Assembly: GCA_040954595.2 (NCBI GenBank) | Contig: CM082576.2 | Span: forward strand, 16,849,028 to 16,913,027 | DNA: 64,000 bases | From: Balanoglossus misakiensis | Taxonomy: Eukaryota > Animalia > Hemichordata | Direction: 5' to 3' | Part shown: in pieces, positions 25,251 to 40,907 of the stretch | Position numbering within the stretch: the stretch's first letter is position 1 | Layout: every line of letters starts with the position of its first letter | Notes under the pieces: generated by a model | Told to the model about the DNA's origin: nothing | The model's input: only the letters and a program-made list of their open reading frames with translations | Database searches by the model: none | Translations under genes and position numbers: made by a program

Positions 25251-27471
25251 TCATGTCAACGTACAGTTTAAACATACCCAATCATCATCTGTGATTTTAC
25301 TTCTTCCGACACATCCCCAGTGGTACCATAACAAACACATCATGCATTGTACACTGTTTTCCTTTTCATCATCAAACTCGCCTTCTTCTAAGATTACTCC
25401 ATTACATGGAGGGCAAAAGAACATTTCTCTAAACCCTAACAATACTCTAGCCATGTGTGATTTATAGAAATTACAGAGATTTAACTGAACCTTTTCCCAA
25501 TATTCATGGTCAAATTCAATCACTTGAATCAATGGTCTGCCAACTGGAGTCCAAACTACAAAGTAACATTTATCACATTGTGTGATTGCCATTTGCCCTT
25601 GTATTTGAGTATAATACTTGTGGGATTTCTTCAACTGAATTTGGTCACCATTTTTCCCCAGAAAGTCTGTTTCATTCCATCCCTCATCAATACTCTTATC
25701 CCTTATAGAATAGGGGCACTTACATTTAACGCAGGCATTAGAACAACACTGACAAACAGCAACAGCATCAGGTGATGTAGCAAGATATGGAAAACGTTCA
25801 TGGACAACAAGCCCAGTATTTTTGAGCCTAAAGTTCTGATGTCTACCTGCGATTTCCCGTTCTAATGCAAGCTTGGCGTCTTGTTCATGTAAAATCCCCC
25901 ATTTTATAGCAGGAACATGATTTAGGGATTTCACGGCTAAAAGACGAGATATCAACTTTGTTGTTGAGCATGGCTTACCAGGATGTTTGGAAATGCTTTC
26001 CATTTTAGTAAAGACATCGTGGAAAGTGGACGAAGTCAGTCTTCCAGCCCTCTGTTTGTACCACTCCCCACATTTGTCTTGCTCCATAGTAGCTTTTGCT
26101 ATATCATGAATATTATCCCGACCCACAGTTGAGTGCAGTGTTTCTAGAAATCCACTGATCATTGTTGTCTCATCTCCCCTGTGATTGTTGGCATATATTT
26201 GAGCTTGTTTTTGAACTGACTGTGGCAAATGATTATTTGTTGTTGTAAACTTTGGAAAGGCTTTGTAAACTACCGCATTAGATTCGACAAGTTTCCATTT
26301 TGATAAGAAGGACGACACGTGTACATCAGTAACCTTTCTTTCATTTTCCCTTCTTGGGTCAAATTGTGTTTTCATTTGTGAATTAATGTTAAAGTCCCCA
26401 CTTTCGGTTCGTGCACTTTGTTTGATTACCATACTACTGACTTTTTCGGGTAATACATCTCTCAAAGTTTTGTCATTCCACTCACAAGGTATGTCTGTAC
26501 AGGTTGGGTCATTAAAATTCATCAGTGTTGCGTGCTCCATTTTCTACAAAACCCCCATAACATGATTGCATGCTTGTGAGTACCCAGCAGTGCATCCACA
26601 CCAGGCCCCAAGAACTTTTCCGTCATTCTGTAAAACAAGCCAAACAGGCCACAGCTGATCCCTCACTCGCTGTGATGGTGATACAGTAGATTTCACCAGA
26701 ACCCTATCATTGGCAATGCTGTGGTGAAATATTGTACCTACAAATCCACTAGCAAAATATGAATATGCTTTGTACGTTTTATATTTAAGCAATAAAACAC
26801 CCCCAGCCATGGTATATCACAAGATTTTGACCAGTTCACGACATATACGCACGAGCGATAGCGAGTGCGTATATGGAGTTGAACTGGTCAAAATCGAGTG
26901 GTATACCATAGCTGGGGGTGTTTTATTGCTATTATATTATGCCAGTATATTGAAACTTTGCATAAAACATTTTAAAAAGGCATTTTCTTTAACTATGATA
27001 TATGACTGTGGTATATGGCTAATATATCACGGTCACGTGTCATGTCTCGACCAATCAAATAGCGTGATTTACACCATCAATATACTGGTACAATATAATT
27101 TCCAATATATGTATGGTCAAACTCTTTCTTTTCTAAAATAAATGAAAACACACTACTTAAATCTAACTTAGGCCATTTCCTGACATCATTTATCCACATG
27201 TGATCTGGTATAGTTATAGGGTCATCGATTTCTAGTTCTTTTAAGCGACACATATACTTTTTCTGTAATTTTTGTTTAAGTTCAAATTCTGACAATTTTA
27301 CAGGAACAGACTGATCAGTGGCAACAAAGGCTCTGGCCACTAATTCTGGCTTTGAACCTGTTGTGCCAATACCTCTGACAGACAGAAAATATTTCAGTTC
27401 GCCAACTGACTTCTGGGAGAGTCTTCATATGTATTCCCTACATCTTTCTGACTAGCCATAGTCTTCAACAA
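25251..27471 (-). pseudogene. SAP-SWIM-YqaJ-PHD accessory gene, copy 2, interrupted
   Basis: ORFs 25251-26540, 26544-26810 and 27077-27340 match copy 1. Confidence 0.85.
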
Positions 27472-30400
27472 TCAACAACTATTCTATGTTCTAGCTATTC
27501 TGTTGAATTGAAAAAAAACATATACATATGTCACTTTGCTTTCTTTTAGTCCACTGACTCAACAAACTCACTGGTGACTAAAGAAAATTATCTACATGTA
27601 CACTACATGCATAGGTATAGGGAAATCCTCAAAATGACTCAAAGCATTTTAAAATTCGGTTTGTTTGAGGGCAAACTTAGTTCACACATACGCACATATA
27701 TTATACATATGCAATAATGTATTTTATTACACCAAAGTGACTTTGAAAAGCTACACTTCAAATCCAATCAGACATCAACAGAGTCCAGATATCCATTTCA
27801 TGTTTGCTTACCTCTTGCTCTACGCTGCAAACCTATCTAGTCTTTTTGAATCTATACTCATGTACAACTGGCTATGATATACAACCTCTACGAATAGTAT
27901 GCTCTGTCTATCTGCTACAACTGCAGCACTGGCCTGTCGATCGCGGTAGCAAACGTAGTATAAATCTGTCACGCTCATATTTTTGGATACAAGATAATGT
28001 AACGTTTAAATCATTACCTCTCCAAGTGTTGATGGTTAAAATAATCAATTCTTTATATCCAATTGTGTCCGGAAAGATCGTGACTACTTTTGTACCTACC
28101 GCCATTACCGACCACTGTACAGTGACGATTACAAGTTGGATAAATCGCGTAAAAAAGGATGACAGTAATAAATTTGGAAAGTTTTGGTATTTGATACAAC
28201 TTTCCGAGTTAATTTACCTGTTGTGATGGAAAAAAGTTGACCAATTTCAGGAAAATTTCGAAAAGTGGCAGGAGCTGCTAAGAGACGACACTTCCGTGTT
28301 TGCTCTAATGACAACAATGAAGGACGCCACATGCGTCGAAACAGCCGCCATTTGCCCCCCGTTCAAGATGGCGCCGATAACCGTGAAATGATCCATTAAG
28401 AGTAAGAAAGAGAAATCAAAATGACCTTGGGAGAAGAAAAAAAACAGATGACGAGAAGATATTTGACCCCAGGCCGCCATAACAAACTCACAATAATTTC
28501 ACTTTTTTTTCCAAGGCCATATCCGAGAGAGTGTGCCGGTTTCACAGACGGAAGATGTAGAGTTCGAAAATTGTTATATGGCAACACTCAAATCTCAAGG
28601 GTATTTAATTTTGTATGCTTACTTTAATTTTTTTTAATTTTACGACATTCTTACCAGTACTGTACTGTGATGTTCAGATTAAAAAAAAAAGTTCGATAAT
28701 TCGTCAGCGCCGCGCCCTGTCGATTGTGAGTGAGCAATAAAAACACGAACAATTTGTAAAATTGCTCTTAGAGGGCGCTTTATCAAGTACACGCTTACGT
28801 TGTTTTGACCACGCAAAGAAGAATTTTAGACCTCTTCGATGTCTTGAAATATCCACCTCCTTATTATGTTTTCACCAAGAGTTCAACCACAAAATAAGAG
28901 AGAGGAATAAAATTGACCACTATAAAAATTAAGGTAATTGCTAAACTGAATGAAAATGAAAGTAAACTCTTTAGCCGAGTTTATGTTTTTGAGAAAGGGA
29001 CAGATGTGAGAGGAAGATGAACAACCTTGCATTGGAATATTCTCAGATGATTTTCTAATAAAAGAAAGAATAAGCGAAAGTTGCTCTGTGTTTGTTTAGC
29101 ATATTTTTAAATAAATGTAATGTCTTGTTCAAATCCCTGAAGCGTGATGAAATCCACGAATTCATTTGTCAACAATAACAATCACCGTTACACACATACT
29201 GGGTGTGTTGACAACCGGAGTACTGGGTATATTAGCATACGGTTTGGAGTAGAGCAAGACATATCATTTGCTACAAAGTTAAAAATTACTGAAAATAAAG
29301 CCAAAAGTTACAGCTATAAATATCCCTTTCATATAATGCATTTTTCTCTCCATTGTCTTTTTGAAACATAAAGTATCCAAGAAATTTCTTGTAAAGATTG
29401 GTTACAGACACTGGCAAATTGCTTCAGGGTAATATTACTTAGGTTTACTTAGGTGGTGTACTGCGCGCAGGCATGCGTAGAGCCTATAGACCAAAGGGTG
29501 AAAGGGTAATCACTTTCAATTGATTTGCAAATGTGTACATGTATGAGGAAACAGGTGTAATTTTAATGCACTGGAAAATGTCGTAAACATAACAGCAGTT
29601 AGTACCTGAGTCTAGAACATATTGCTCGAATTTCCAACAATGAACAGAATTTTTCACTTTTGGATTGTGTTCATAACAGTAGCATGTACAGGTATGTGAA
29701 GTTTTTGTTTGTAGATCACCCCGCTTTCAATTGACAAAGTGGCATAGTACTTAGGGACTTTGGCCGGGGTGGGGGTGGGTGGGTGGTGATGGGTGGGGAT
29801 GGATTCATGGGAGAGGTCACCTTTTTTGAATTGGGTGATGGGGGGGGGGGTCAGAGTATCCTTTGATAGTGTGCAAGAAATGTTCTTGAATGTCGTGAGA
29901 TCAGCTGATGTTTCAAGAGTATTTTTTATAATTAATTTCTGTTTGAACAAGAACAAACACAGTGCGGTCTTTGAGTGGCGTGAATGATCAGAAATATATG
30001 CCTGCATATTAAAAGCCTATGGCTTTGTGCAACTGTGGATTTAATACATATGTTTTTGTATGCTCAAGCAGTAACTGCAGTTTTGTTTATAGGTGGCAAC
30101 AGGGATAATTGTCAGTCATAAAAACAAGTTAGCAATTCACTTGATTTCAAATTGGACATATCCTGAACTATATATTAGTAGCCTAGTGGTGTATTGACTT
30201 TATTTATTGGGTAAACTGTCATGGAGTTTCAAAAATTACAAGTTTTAAATACTACTGCTAGATTTATCATCACAGGCAGGAAACATGATCATATCTCTCC
30301 TGTATTATGAGATCTTCATTGGTTGCCTGTGAAGAAGCTAGCGCATAGACAAGGAAATTCTACGTATACTGTCTACAAGGCTTAAAGAATTTATGTACAT

Positions 30401-33400
30401 TGTACATCTCTTAGATCATAACTCGAGCGTGACCAGGTGACCAAACAAAATTCCTAACCAGTTCAAAGTGTAATAAACAGTTCGGTGACTCTATGCATAA
30501 CAATTCTGGCCTTTCTGTCCGTTTTACGCCAGTGAACAAAAGACAGCCACGTATTACCTCAAATGCAGTTCCACCGTGACACGGAAACTCGCACCCTCAG
30601 GACGGCTCCCAAATTCCACGCGGCGTCCTCGAAAACATCCACCATGACTTCACAAGTCCCTTCGGCAGTGTCAATCCTCAACTACCACAGTAGACAGGCA
30701 CACTACGTACGGTGGGCTCCAACACTCAGCGACAATGGCAATGCGACGGCACAGCTACCAGACCAGAATCAAATGAGCCACATAACAACGTGGCACTGGG
30801 TGGCTGTTGTATGACCAAAACTAATTAACACCTGGTCACGCTTATATGTTAAATAAAGAAACCAACATATTTACACCACGAAACAAAACAAACAATAAAC
30901 TTCATCACATGATGTACCGGAACGTTGTGAATATATACCAAAGTAAGCAATAGGCAGCATCTTTATAGTGGAAAAACAAGCTTCAATGTATGTGTTTCAC
31001 TGGCATCACGATCCCATTGCAAGGCTAAGGTACCAATCAAAGTCATTATAATTGCTGTACTATTTAGCAACCTGTACTGTTATCTTTTAAACATTAAAAT
31101 GAACAAGAACGGGCAACATTTAAAGAACGTAAATGTTTCCTTATTCCAGAAATACTCGCACATTCCGATGTGGAGATTAGTTATCACAACAAGAAGCTTC
31201 ATGTCACATGTACCTTCTGGGGCAAATATACAGTGCATTTATATGCTCTATTTAAGGATGTACGCGCGGAACATAAAGCGGAAAACTGCGCACACTCGTC
31301 TTTTTTCCACATGACTACATTGAAATAGAAAAATTAAACGAGCCTTACCTGTAAGGTGAGGTTAAATAGAAATTCTACCGAGTTTTCTACAGTATTTGAG
31401 GGATTACGTGAGATAGCATTGCGACTGCGCGAACTTCAGACTTTAAAGGTCGAATGAACACATCAGACCAAAATGATAATTAATTCATCACACTAATATG
31501 ATGTACATGAATACCCATAAATATGAACGCAACTGTTGGGTGGGAATGTCAATGCATGGGTGTGGCACGTAATCCCTCAAGTACTGTAGATAACTCGGTA
31601 GAATTTCTATTTAACCTCACCTTACAGGTAAGGCTCGTTTAATTTTTCTATTCTACCTCGTTATCACGTACTTTCAGGATCACGTGAGATTTTTAAAGCA
31701 ACTGATGTGTGAATGAGACAACAACGCAAAGGATTTCCATGCAGATACTCAGTATATTAGGGACCGTTCAGTTTTTACGGCCGGGGGGGGGGCCGGCAAA
31801 ATCCAGGGGGGGGGTCACTTAAATTTTGAAGTCCACAAGGGGGGGGGGGGGGTCATCTGGTTTTTTTAAACGTTTAGGGGGGGTCACATACTTTTGCCAC
31901 CGAACTTTTGCTTTTGAGTCCACAAAATTGCAGTTTCGCACCCTTTATTTTACAAAATTTTCTAATGCCCACCCCCTTCATTCTCCGCCACATTTCATTT
32001 TTTGCTGCTTTGTCTAGTGTACCAGGGCAGAGTGCTTGCCACCCCAACCCCACCGATGATAATATTTAACAAAGTGAATACATCAAAGGAGAATAATTGT
32101 TTAAACCATTTTGCATAACTGATAGTTTCGCGCTGCATCTTCTATATACTAGAAGTTTTATAAATGATGTCATGACGAAGATGACGCCAAATCTTCTAAC
32201 TTTGAGTGGAGTGGCAAAAAGTAAAATTGGTCCTCCCGAACATTGAGTTAATTTGCTTTTGAGTTCATTAAAATGCAACTTTGCGCTACATATTCTACAA
32301 AATTTTCTTATGTGTCCCCCTCCCACACCCACCCCCGTCACTTTTCTTGTTTTACCGATTCTAGCAACTATTGTATTGACCTGTCATTTTAATTTGTTCA
32401 TAGATTTCTTTATTGCAACGATATACTATTATATATTTCAATAATACTTTAAGAAATTTATTATTGAGGTGTGAGGAGACTCATTCCCTTTATTGCATAC
32501 AGTGTACATAGGATCAGGACGGTGAATGTTTTGGGCGTGGGGGGGGGGGGGTCATCATATTTTTGGGTCTGTCAAAGGGGGGGGGGTCACGATTTTTTGG
32601 TCATGGGTGAAGGGGGGGTCGGCCTGATTTTGAGAACCGATGACACAAACTTGCCGGACCCCCCCCCTGCCGTAAAAACTGAACGGTCCCTTAATACATT
32701 TCAACAAAATAAATAAGTACAAACACTATTATACTTGCAATCACATTATACTTTCCACAGGAATAAACTTACGCTTAGCAGCAGAAGTAGCTGCCGCTCT
32801 AGTGCTATGAGGTTTAAATATATTTACATCAATACCGGATCGGATCATAACTATTTTGATCCAACGACTAATCGTATCACGAGATACCCTCTTATGAGGT
32901 TTTACATAACTAATCAATAATTTAGATACTCTTTGGTTCTTTCTAAATATGTCGACATAGTATGAACTACACACAGTCTCTTATCTGGCGGGTAAGCTTT
33001 CAGCTTAATAACTGATACAGTATAACCAGGTCTACTTTGTTTTACATGACTATCACTTACAAATGTATATGATGATTTACAATTTATATCCAACATGTGA
33101 ATTGACTGAACTCGTTGAGCACTAACCAGTGCTATGAGCATAACAAGTTTAAGTGTCAACTCTTTCAATGTCAATGTTCTTATTGGAGAAAGTTTTTGAA
33201 GGTAAGTCAATACAAATTTCACATCCCATACTTCAGTATATCAGGGGAGAGCTGGTCTCATCTGGAAAACTCCCTTCCTGAACCGACTAACAAGAGGATG
33301 AGCTCCAAATATACAATTTCCAATTGGAGAAATAATAGTAGATAAAGCACAGCGTGCTGTGTTCAAAGCACTATATCCACATCCCTGATCATATTGAGTA

Positions 33401-36400
33401 GTAAGAAATTCAATAGCTAGTTCTATAGGTGGTTGAAATGGACTAATCTTCCTTTGGTCACAGAAACGAATCCATCTGTCAATGTAGCATTTATATTGTT
33501 TCTGGGTGCCTGTCCGCCATGATGCAAGGATGATACTGGATAGTCCAGGAGCTAGGTGCCGTTAATCAGAATTTTCGGTGAGGAAGGTTTGAGAAGTCTA
33601 TTCTATGTAAAAAAAATGGTGCTGATTCCAAAAAAGTCAGTCTTATTGACCCCACTCAAAACAAAATTGCCATTATGGCCGTTTTTAACCCAAAAATGGT
33701 CTTTTTTAGAAAACACTAAAAACACACTGTTTTCCTCACATTCTGAGATCTGATGACATATGATATGCTTATTCTATGTAAAATTTGGTGAATATTACGA
33801 AAAAAGTAGTCCGATTGACCCAGAACAACACAAAATTGCCTTTTTGACCATTTTTTGCCCAAAAAACGTTATTTTTAGAAAAAAATTAAAACACACGGTT
33901 TTCTTCATAATGATTGATCTGGTGATATATGGAAAGTCAATTCTATGTTAAAAGTGGTGACTTTAAAAAATAAAGCAGTCTTTTTTACCTCAATCAATAC
34001 AAAAATGCCATTTTGGCCACATTTTGAGGTCAAAAAAGGTCATTTTTACAAAACAATTGAAAACAAATTGTGTTCTTCATATTCAGAGATCATTGGATAT
34101 ATGAAATGTCCATTCTATGTAAAAATGGTGCTGATTCCAGAAATAGCAGCCTTCTTGACCCTACTCAAGAAAAAATGCCATTTTTGCCACTTTTTGCCCA
34201 AAAACGTCATTTTTAGAAAACACTCAAAATTTATATATTTTCTTCACTTTCGGAGATCTGATAATGTATTATATGCCCACCCTATGTAAAATTTGGTGAT
34301 TATTCCAAAAAAGCAGATTTATTGACCCAACCTAATGCAAAAATGCCCTTTTGGAAAGTTTTTGCCCAAAAAGGCCATTTTTAGAAAAAAAATTAAAAAC
34401 AAACTTTTCTTCATAAAGCTCAGAGATCATGTGATATATGAAATGTTCATCCTATGTAAAAAACGGTGCTGATTCCAGAAATAGCAGTCTTATTGATCCT
34501 ACTCAAGGAAAAATGCTATTTTTGCCCCAAAAACGTCATTTTCAGAAAACACTCAAAATTTATATATTTTCTTCACTTTCGGAGATCTGATAATATATTA
34601 TATGCCCTCTATAAGTGAAAAATTTCCAAGAAAGCAGTTTTATTGATGCCACTCAAGATAAAAGTGCCTTTTTGGCAAGTTTTTGCCTAAAAAGTGTCAT
34701 TTCTAGAAAACACCCAAAACTTTTATATTTTCTTCACTTTCGGAGATGATGATGTATTATATACCCACTCTATGTGAGAAAAATTCCCCCAAAAAGTTTT
34801 ACTGGCGCCACTCAAGAAAACAGTGCTTTTTTGACAAGTTTTTGCCCAAAAAGCCACCTTTCGAAAATCATTAAAACCAAACTGTTTTCTTATTATTTGG
34901 AGATTCTATGATGTGTGAAAAGTACATTTGTTGTAAAATAGGTGTTGTTTCCAGAAATGCAATCTTATTGACCTCAACCATGATGAAATCGCCTTTTTGG
35001 CTAAGTTTTGCACAAAATTGTTATTTTTAAGAATATATTAATAGCATTCTCTTTTCTTCACTTTCGGTGATCTTATTATAAATAAAAGCCCATTCTATAT
35101 TGAAACGTGGATACTGTCCCCAAAACGGAAGTCTTACTTACCCTATTCAATTAAAATTTGTAATTTCGGCCACTTTTTTGGTCAAAAATGTTCATTAAAT
35201 ACAAACAAACTAAAGACAAATTGTTTTCTTCATATTCAGAGATCTGATCATGTATGAAAAGTCCATTCTGTGTAAAATTTGGTGACTATTCCAAAAACGA
35301 CAGTCTGGTTGGCCCCACTCTAGTCAAAATTGCCTTTTTGGCTATTTGTAGCCAAAAATAGATCTACTCAAGAAAAATTTATCCTTTTAGCCATTTTGTA
35401 CCGAAAAAATGTTTGTATTTGGAGTTTTTGCAAAATTAGCCAAAGTTGAACTCATAATGATGATGAAACAGCGTCGAGAGGAAAAGAAGTTACGAATTGA
35501 ACAAAACTCGCGTCGATGAATGTAAACACGCCGCCCGGGACCAAGCTCTAAACATGATACAGATGACAAAAGACAGGCATTGCACATTACCCAAATATTC
35601 CCATACAGCAGTTCCAAATTAAAACGTCAAGGAATTTAAGTGTTTTTATTATGTTTATTTGGTTTAAGCCCACATTTTCCCTGCTGCGTGCTAGTTCAGG
35701 GGTCAGTTTTAGCAGTGCTCTATTGAGTATTCTAGCATCGTTGGGTTGCACTCCTGTCCAATCAGTATGACGGAGGTATCATGCTATAAATTATAATATA
35801 ATTTCTGATTTTGTATTCAGATTGAAGAGAATAAATTTCAACAATCTCTCCCGAGCTGGCATATCTGAACCTAAACATTTCACACCACGCATAATTGACT
35901 TATAGTATACAGTGCGTGTACATGGATCATCTTATTGTTGAGTTCAGTTTTGGGCTAAATGTGCCAAATTATGGCAACACTGTCTTTCAATATCATCAAT
36001 TTAATTGATATTATATGGTTATGGCGTTTTAAATATGCATATACATCATCAGAACACAAAAGGCAAAAACATCAATTATATTTGTTTTCTGAAAATGCCT
36101 ATTGTTGACCAAAAGATGGCTAAATGGCAATTTTGTACCGAGCGGGGTGTCTCTATAAGACCGTTGTGCTGGTATCAGCATATTTTTTGCACACACAAAA
36201 AAACAAAACAAAAACGAATTTACATACATCACAGGGGCTCTGAATATGAAGGAATAAGTTTGTATTTATTTTTTCTAACAGTTACCTTTTTGAGCAAAGA
36301 GGCCAAAATGGTATTTTTTCCCTCTGTGGGGTCAGTAAGAGTGGGTTTTTTTTAATGTCACTACTTTTATTTACCATTAGATCACCAATGGGAAGAAAAT

Positions 36401-39400
36401 GGCATATTTTCGTATTTTTGTACGAGGATTCCAGGCTGTCGCTTGTTAACGGCCAGCGGACCGTGCACACTGTACTACGGCAAGACTGAAAGAACACTTT
36501 GGAAATGGGTATTAGCCACGGAAAATCTTTTTTCCAGGCCTCTTGAAACTTCCTTTCCCGTTTCTGTGCATCGTAGATTTTCTTTGCAGCACAGCGATCT
36601 TCTGTTGATTGCTTCTTTTTCGCTGCTGGTGCCTCGATACTAGTATTCAAATATCTGTACATCTTCGACCAGACTCGCACACGAAGCCCATCAAAACAAT
36701 GGCGCCATTTTGAATAAACGAAATCTCGAATCTACCACCAATGCATAACATATGGGGATGTAGACTAGCGCCACCACTCTCGCAAGTCGCGAGAGATGCG
36801 TAGCTGTAAAGGCATTCGCCAAGTTGATTTTACCGATCGACCTTTTCAGTTTTTATCTGCAAATTTTATCTAAATTTTGGGCTTTGATTATTTGACATTT
36901 CAGCAGAATAGAGTAAGAAACTTAAAAAATTGCCGACCCCCTCTCTATTAACAGCAGGACATTCGGGTCTGCTTCTTTTTCAAATTACTGGTTCGGCATG
37001 AAAACAGCTGGTCTGGGGCCACCGGGTTAGCGTGAATTTCGCACGCTGGGTGTGTCCCAATTTAAGCCAAAACAGCAAAAAAATCTTTAGCAGAAAATTC
37101 TACGAAAATGGAGTAGATAGGTGAATAAATATCTTCGGAGAGGCCAAAACGGGAGTGACCCCCCCGAAAAAAAATGATGGAGGGGCCCTAAAAATTGCAC
37201 CCCATCATTTTTGGGTAGTTGGGTCCCCATTGAAGCCAAAACAGCAAAAAATCAATTTTAGCACAAAAATCCTACGGGATAACACATCATACCACAAAAC
37301 GGAAGTACCCCCCCCCCAGAAAAATATGATGGAGGGGCCCTTAAAATTGCACCCCATCATTTTAGCACAAAAATCCTACGGGAGCTGTTTTACTCGACAT
37401 ACCATACCGCACTAATACCAGAGAACCACATTTACCTCCCCTCCCCTCCCCCCCCCCAATAAAAACATGCTCACCCCTCCTGGAACTTGGTCCAAAAAAT
37501 CCGATAAACCTGATTTTGTCTCTCTCTGGCCTTATATAGATTTTTTTGTGTTTGGTGATTTTGGAAAATGGCTAATTTTGGTGAATTTTTGTCATTTTCC
37601 CGATCTTTACTAAAATAGCTTTCCAAATTCCTAAAAAAATCATTTGAGGGTGTGTAGAGGTGGTTTCTTTCTTCTTATTTTTTCAAATCAAGGTGAAGAA
37701 TTCAATAGTGTATTTTTCGGGTGGTTGTTGCCATTTTTGGTCAAAATCTTTCTCAGAACCCTCTACACCCATTGCTGTGAAATTTGATTTTAGGGTTCCT
37801 GGGTGTGAGCTCATGATGATTTATAAAACCTATGACGAAAGTGTCAATGTTTTGTGAGGGCAATATCTTGCATTTATGGGGCATATTTTCCATTTTTGAT
37901 AAAAAATTATATTTCTCAAAAAGTGTATGGCTGATTACAAACGTACTTTAAAATTTGAGTTGTAAGTCATTGGGATGAGTTTCTTTAGAAGGTGATTTGG
38001 AATTTTTAGGTACCATTGGTTTTTACCATGGTACCTTATGGGATCGGTTGCGTCTGTATGTATGTACATGTATGTATGTATGTATGTATGGATGTATGTC
38101 TGTTTGTCCGTCCACATGCATCAAAAACTTGAAAACCGCTGCGCGTATAACCTCGATATTTGGTGTGCAGATGCAGCCTGGGCTGTAGATGGGAGTTTGT
38201 TCAAATGAAGTTGTCATTGCCAAAAATATGCAAATTAGCTGGAAAAATGTGAATTTGGTCAAAACTCAGTAACTCAAGAACTACTGCTCAGATTGCTTTG
38301 CAAAGTGGTGTGTATTTACTTTATTGAGTTGTTTTAATTAGGCAGGAACTCCCTCCTTTGTTTCATATAAACATGTAGCAAATTCCTGAATGATTACATA
38401 ACTGGCTAAGTTTTATAGAGGCCAGCTGTTCTATTTAGTGTATGTACAGTACATATGCCATTGGCAGCTTATGGACAGTGTTTGCCCATTGATCTCTCTC
38501 TATGTGTGTGTGTGCGTCTGTCTGTATATGGCCATGTACTCTGGTGTAGACTTTTTCGTGTGTAATCACTCAATGGGACCGCCGTGTCCTTGACGCGATT
38601 TTTATATTTTGTAGGATGGTTATTCTTATACCACAAAAAATTTATCTCAAGAAGAGAAGTTACCAGTACACATAGTTCTATGTAATGAACCTCTACTGAG
38701 ATTTGTACACACGGTAAATTCATGCATGTTTACAAAACTGACTGTTAAAAAGACAAGCTGTTCTATTTGTTGTATGTACAGCACACATGCCATTGGCAGC
38801 TTATGGGTCAGTCAGTGTTTGCCCGTTGATCTCACTATGTGTTTGTCTGTCTGCCTGAACATGTACCGTTACTCTGGTGTTCACTTTTTCGTGTGTAATC
38901 ACTCAATGGGACCGCCGTGTCCTTGACGCGATTTTTATATTTTGTAGGATGGTTATTCTTATACCACAAAAAATTTATCTCAAGAAGAGAAGTTACCAGT
39001 ACACATAGTAGACAGGTTCGGCTACACGTTTTACGTGAACGTGGACGCGGAGAACCCACGTTCGCGTTAGACGTTCACGTGGAAAAGAGTTTGGCTTCAC
39101 GTCAACGTCTGTTTGTGTGGCACGCGCACTCTGTGTTCGAATTTTAAGCATGTACATCGTTACACCGCGTCGCTGCACTGCAACTACGGATTCAACCGTC
39201 GGGCGACCATACAAATTGATGACAAAATTTCACATAAAATGACTAAAAAGAAATAGATGCGTTTTCGTTTGTCACAATGAGATATCAAGCTATATACCCA
39301 TATTTCGTAGATAATATGATTTTTTGTTGCCCAAAATGAGAATAACTTTTCACGTTTGCAACTAACGTGAAAACACCTAGACCCACGTAAAAAACGCGAA

Positions 39401-40907
39401 GTATTTTACGTGAACGTCAAACTTTACACAAAACTTGGTGACGTCATAACAGAAATTCGTGACATTGCGCGTTCACTTTCGCGTATAACGTGTAGCTGAA
39501 CCTCTCTAATGTAATCGTTCATGTTAACTTATTTGGTACAATTCGAGACATATGCACTCAAAAATGACGTGGCATTAAACACTAGAGGACGTGTACTGAT
39601 CTGAGTGAATCAGATCCCGTGAGGAGTACGGTGCCTAGAGTACACGTGTCCTAGTAAAGAAATGCCAAATGTTGCTACATCTTCACGCTTCGCCCGCCAA
39701 GGTCGCCATGCCCATCCCCTTGCTGTGTTAATTGATAATAAAGTGTCATACCCTCCCCTTGTTCTGTACTATTGCTGTTAATAAAATGTTATGACAATCC
39801 CTCATTGTACTACATGTAATAGTTAACTGTAAGTACAATATCATGCAAATCCCTTGCTTTTTAGTAAAATGCCATGCCTTCCCCTAGTTCTGTACTATAA
39901 CCATGATAACGGTTCAAATCAGTCAGGTCGCAACTGGGGTAATTACACAGCAGGGGATTATGCAATGCAAACACTTGAACTGGCCAGTAACGTTTGAATT
40001 CCTCATTTGCATACAGTTTTTCAACTTTTTTCAGAACGAAAGTTTAGCAACTTGCAACCCATTTCTGACAATTATTTCACCCGGGCACATTTCTGGTACT
40101 ATGAGTGTACTACATGTGATTTTTCATGTAGTTTTATCAAGAAGAATTTCTTTACTTCCACTGACAAAATTGTGATCACGAAATTCAAAGTGACCTTGAA
40201 GTTAAAAAATCAAAAAAAAATATCAGCCATACCCACACAAAAATTAACCCCTTCAGGTTTTAGAAACATTATTAAACTTCTCTATTCATAATTTAGACAT
40301 GAATATATCCATGCCGAGAGTCAAGGACCACAATTTACAGTGCCATAGTACAGTACTGTAGTCAGTCAGCGTGGATAGTGAATAGACACCCTATGTAATA
40401 TGCTAATGAGAGTTAACTTGCGTTGAAAAGGAAGCCATGTTACGTCATGGGTCAACATGCGTTGACCTACTTCAATGCATACACATATGGTAAACACGAC
40501 TGTACTCGTCGATGGCGAAGGCAATTTTTACACCGTCATTACTCCACAACGGAGCAGCTCACAACATTATAATTTCACAGTAACTTAGTTCAATATCTTC
40601 CTAACCTACCCAATTTTTTTCAAGACAAGAAATCTTTGCCGAGAGTCAGGACCACAATTTCAACCAACATACTGAAACTGTCTTTCTCGGGAACGCGTCG
40701 TTAAAACTTCACGAAAAATCATCCTATCATTGACTGTGGTGTTTCATACACGTCTTAGAAAAATGGATGCACTACGATCACTTGTAGTACCGAAAATCTC
40801 CGTTTGAAAATTTTTCGAACCGGCCGTAACTGCCACTCAGTGACGTTCACATTCAAATAGATCTCTTTGATCTCGCCGCCTTAATTACCCTCCCTGCGAC
40901 CAGACTG

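Larger units (their letters stand above)
22981..28394 (+). mobile_element. ISL2EU-type transposon, copy 2 (part of the segmental duplication)
   Basis: Same TIRs, AT TSD, flanks and lesions as copy 1, plus a 1-bp deletion in the SAP region near 27420. Confidence 0.9.

Noticed and set aside
22981-28394. Independent second ISL2EU transposition
   Set aside because: Flanks and lesions match copy 1; it was copied by the segmental duplication.
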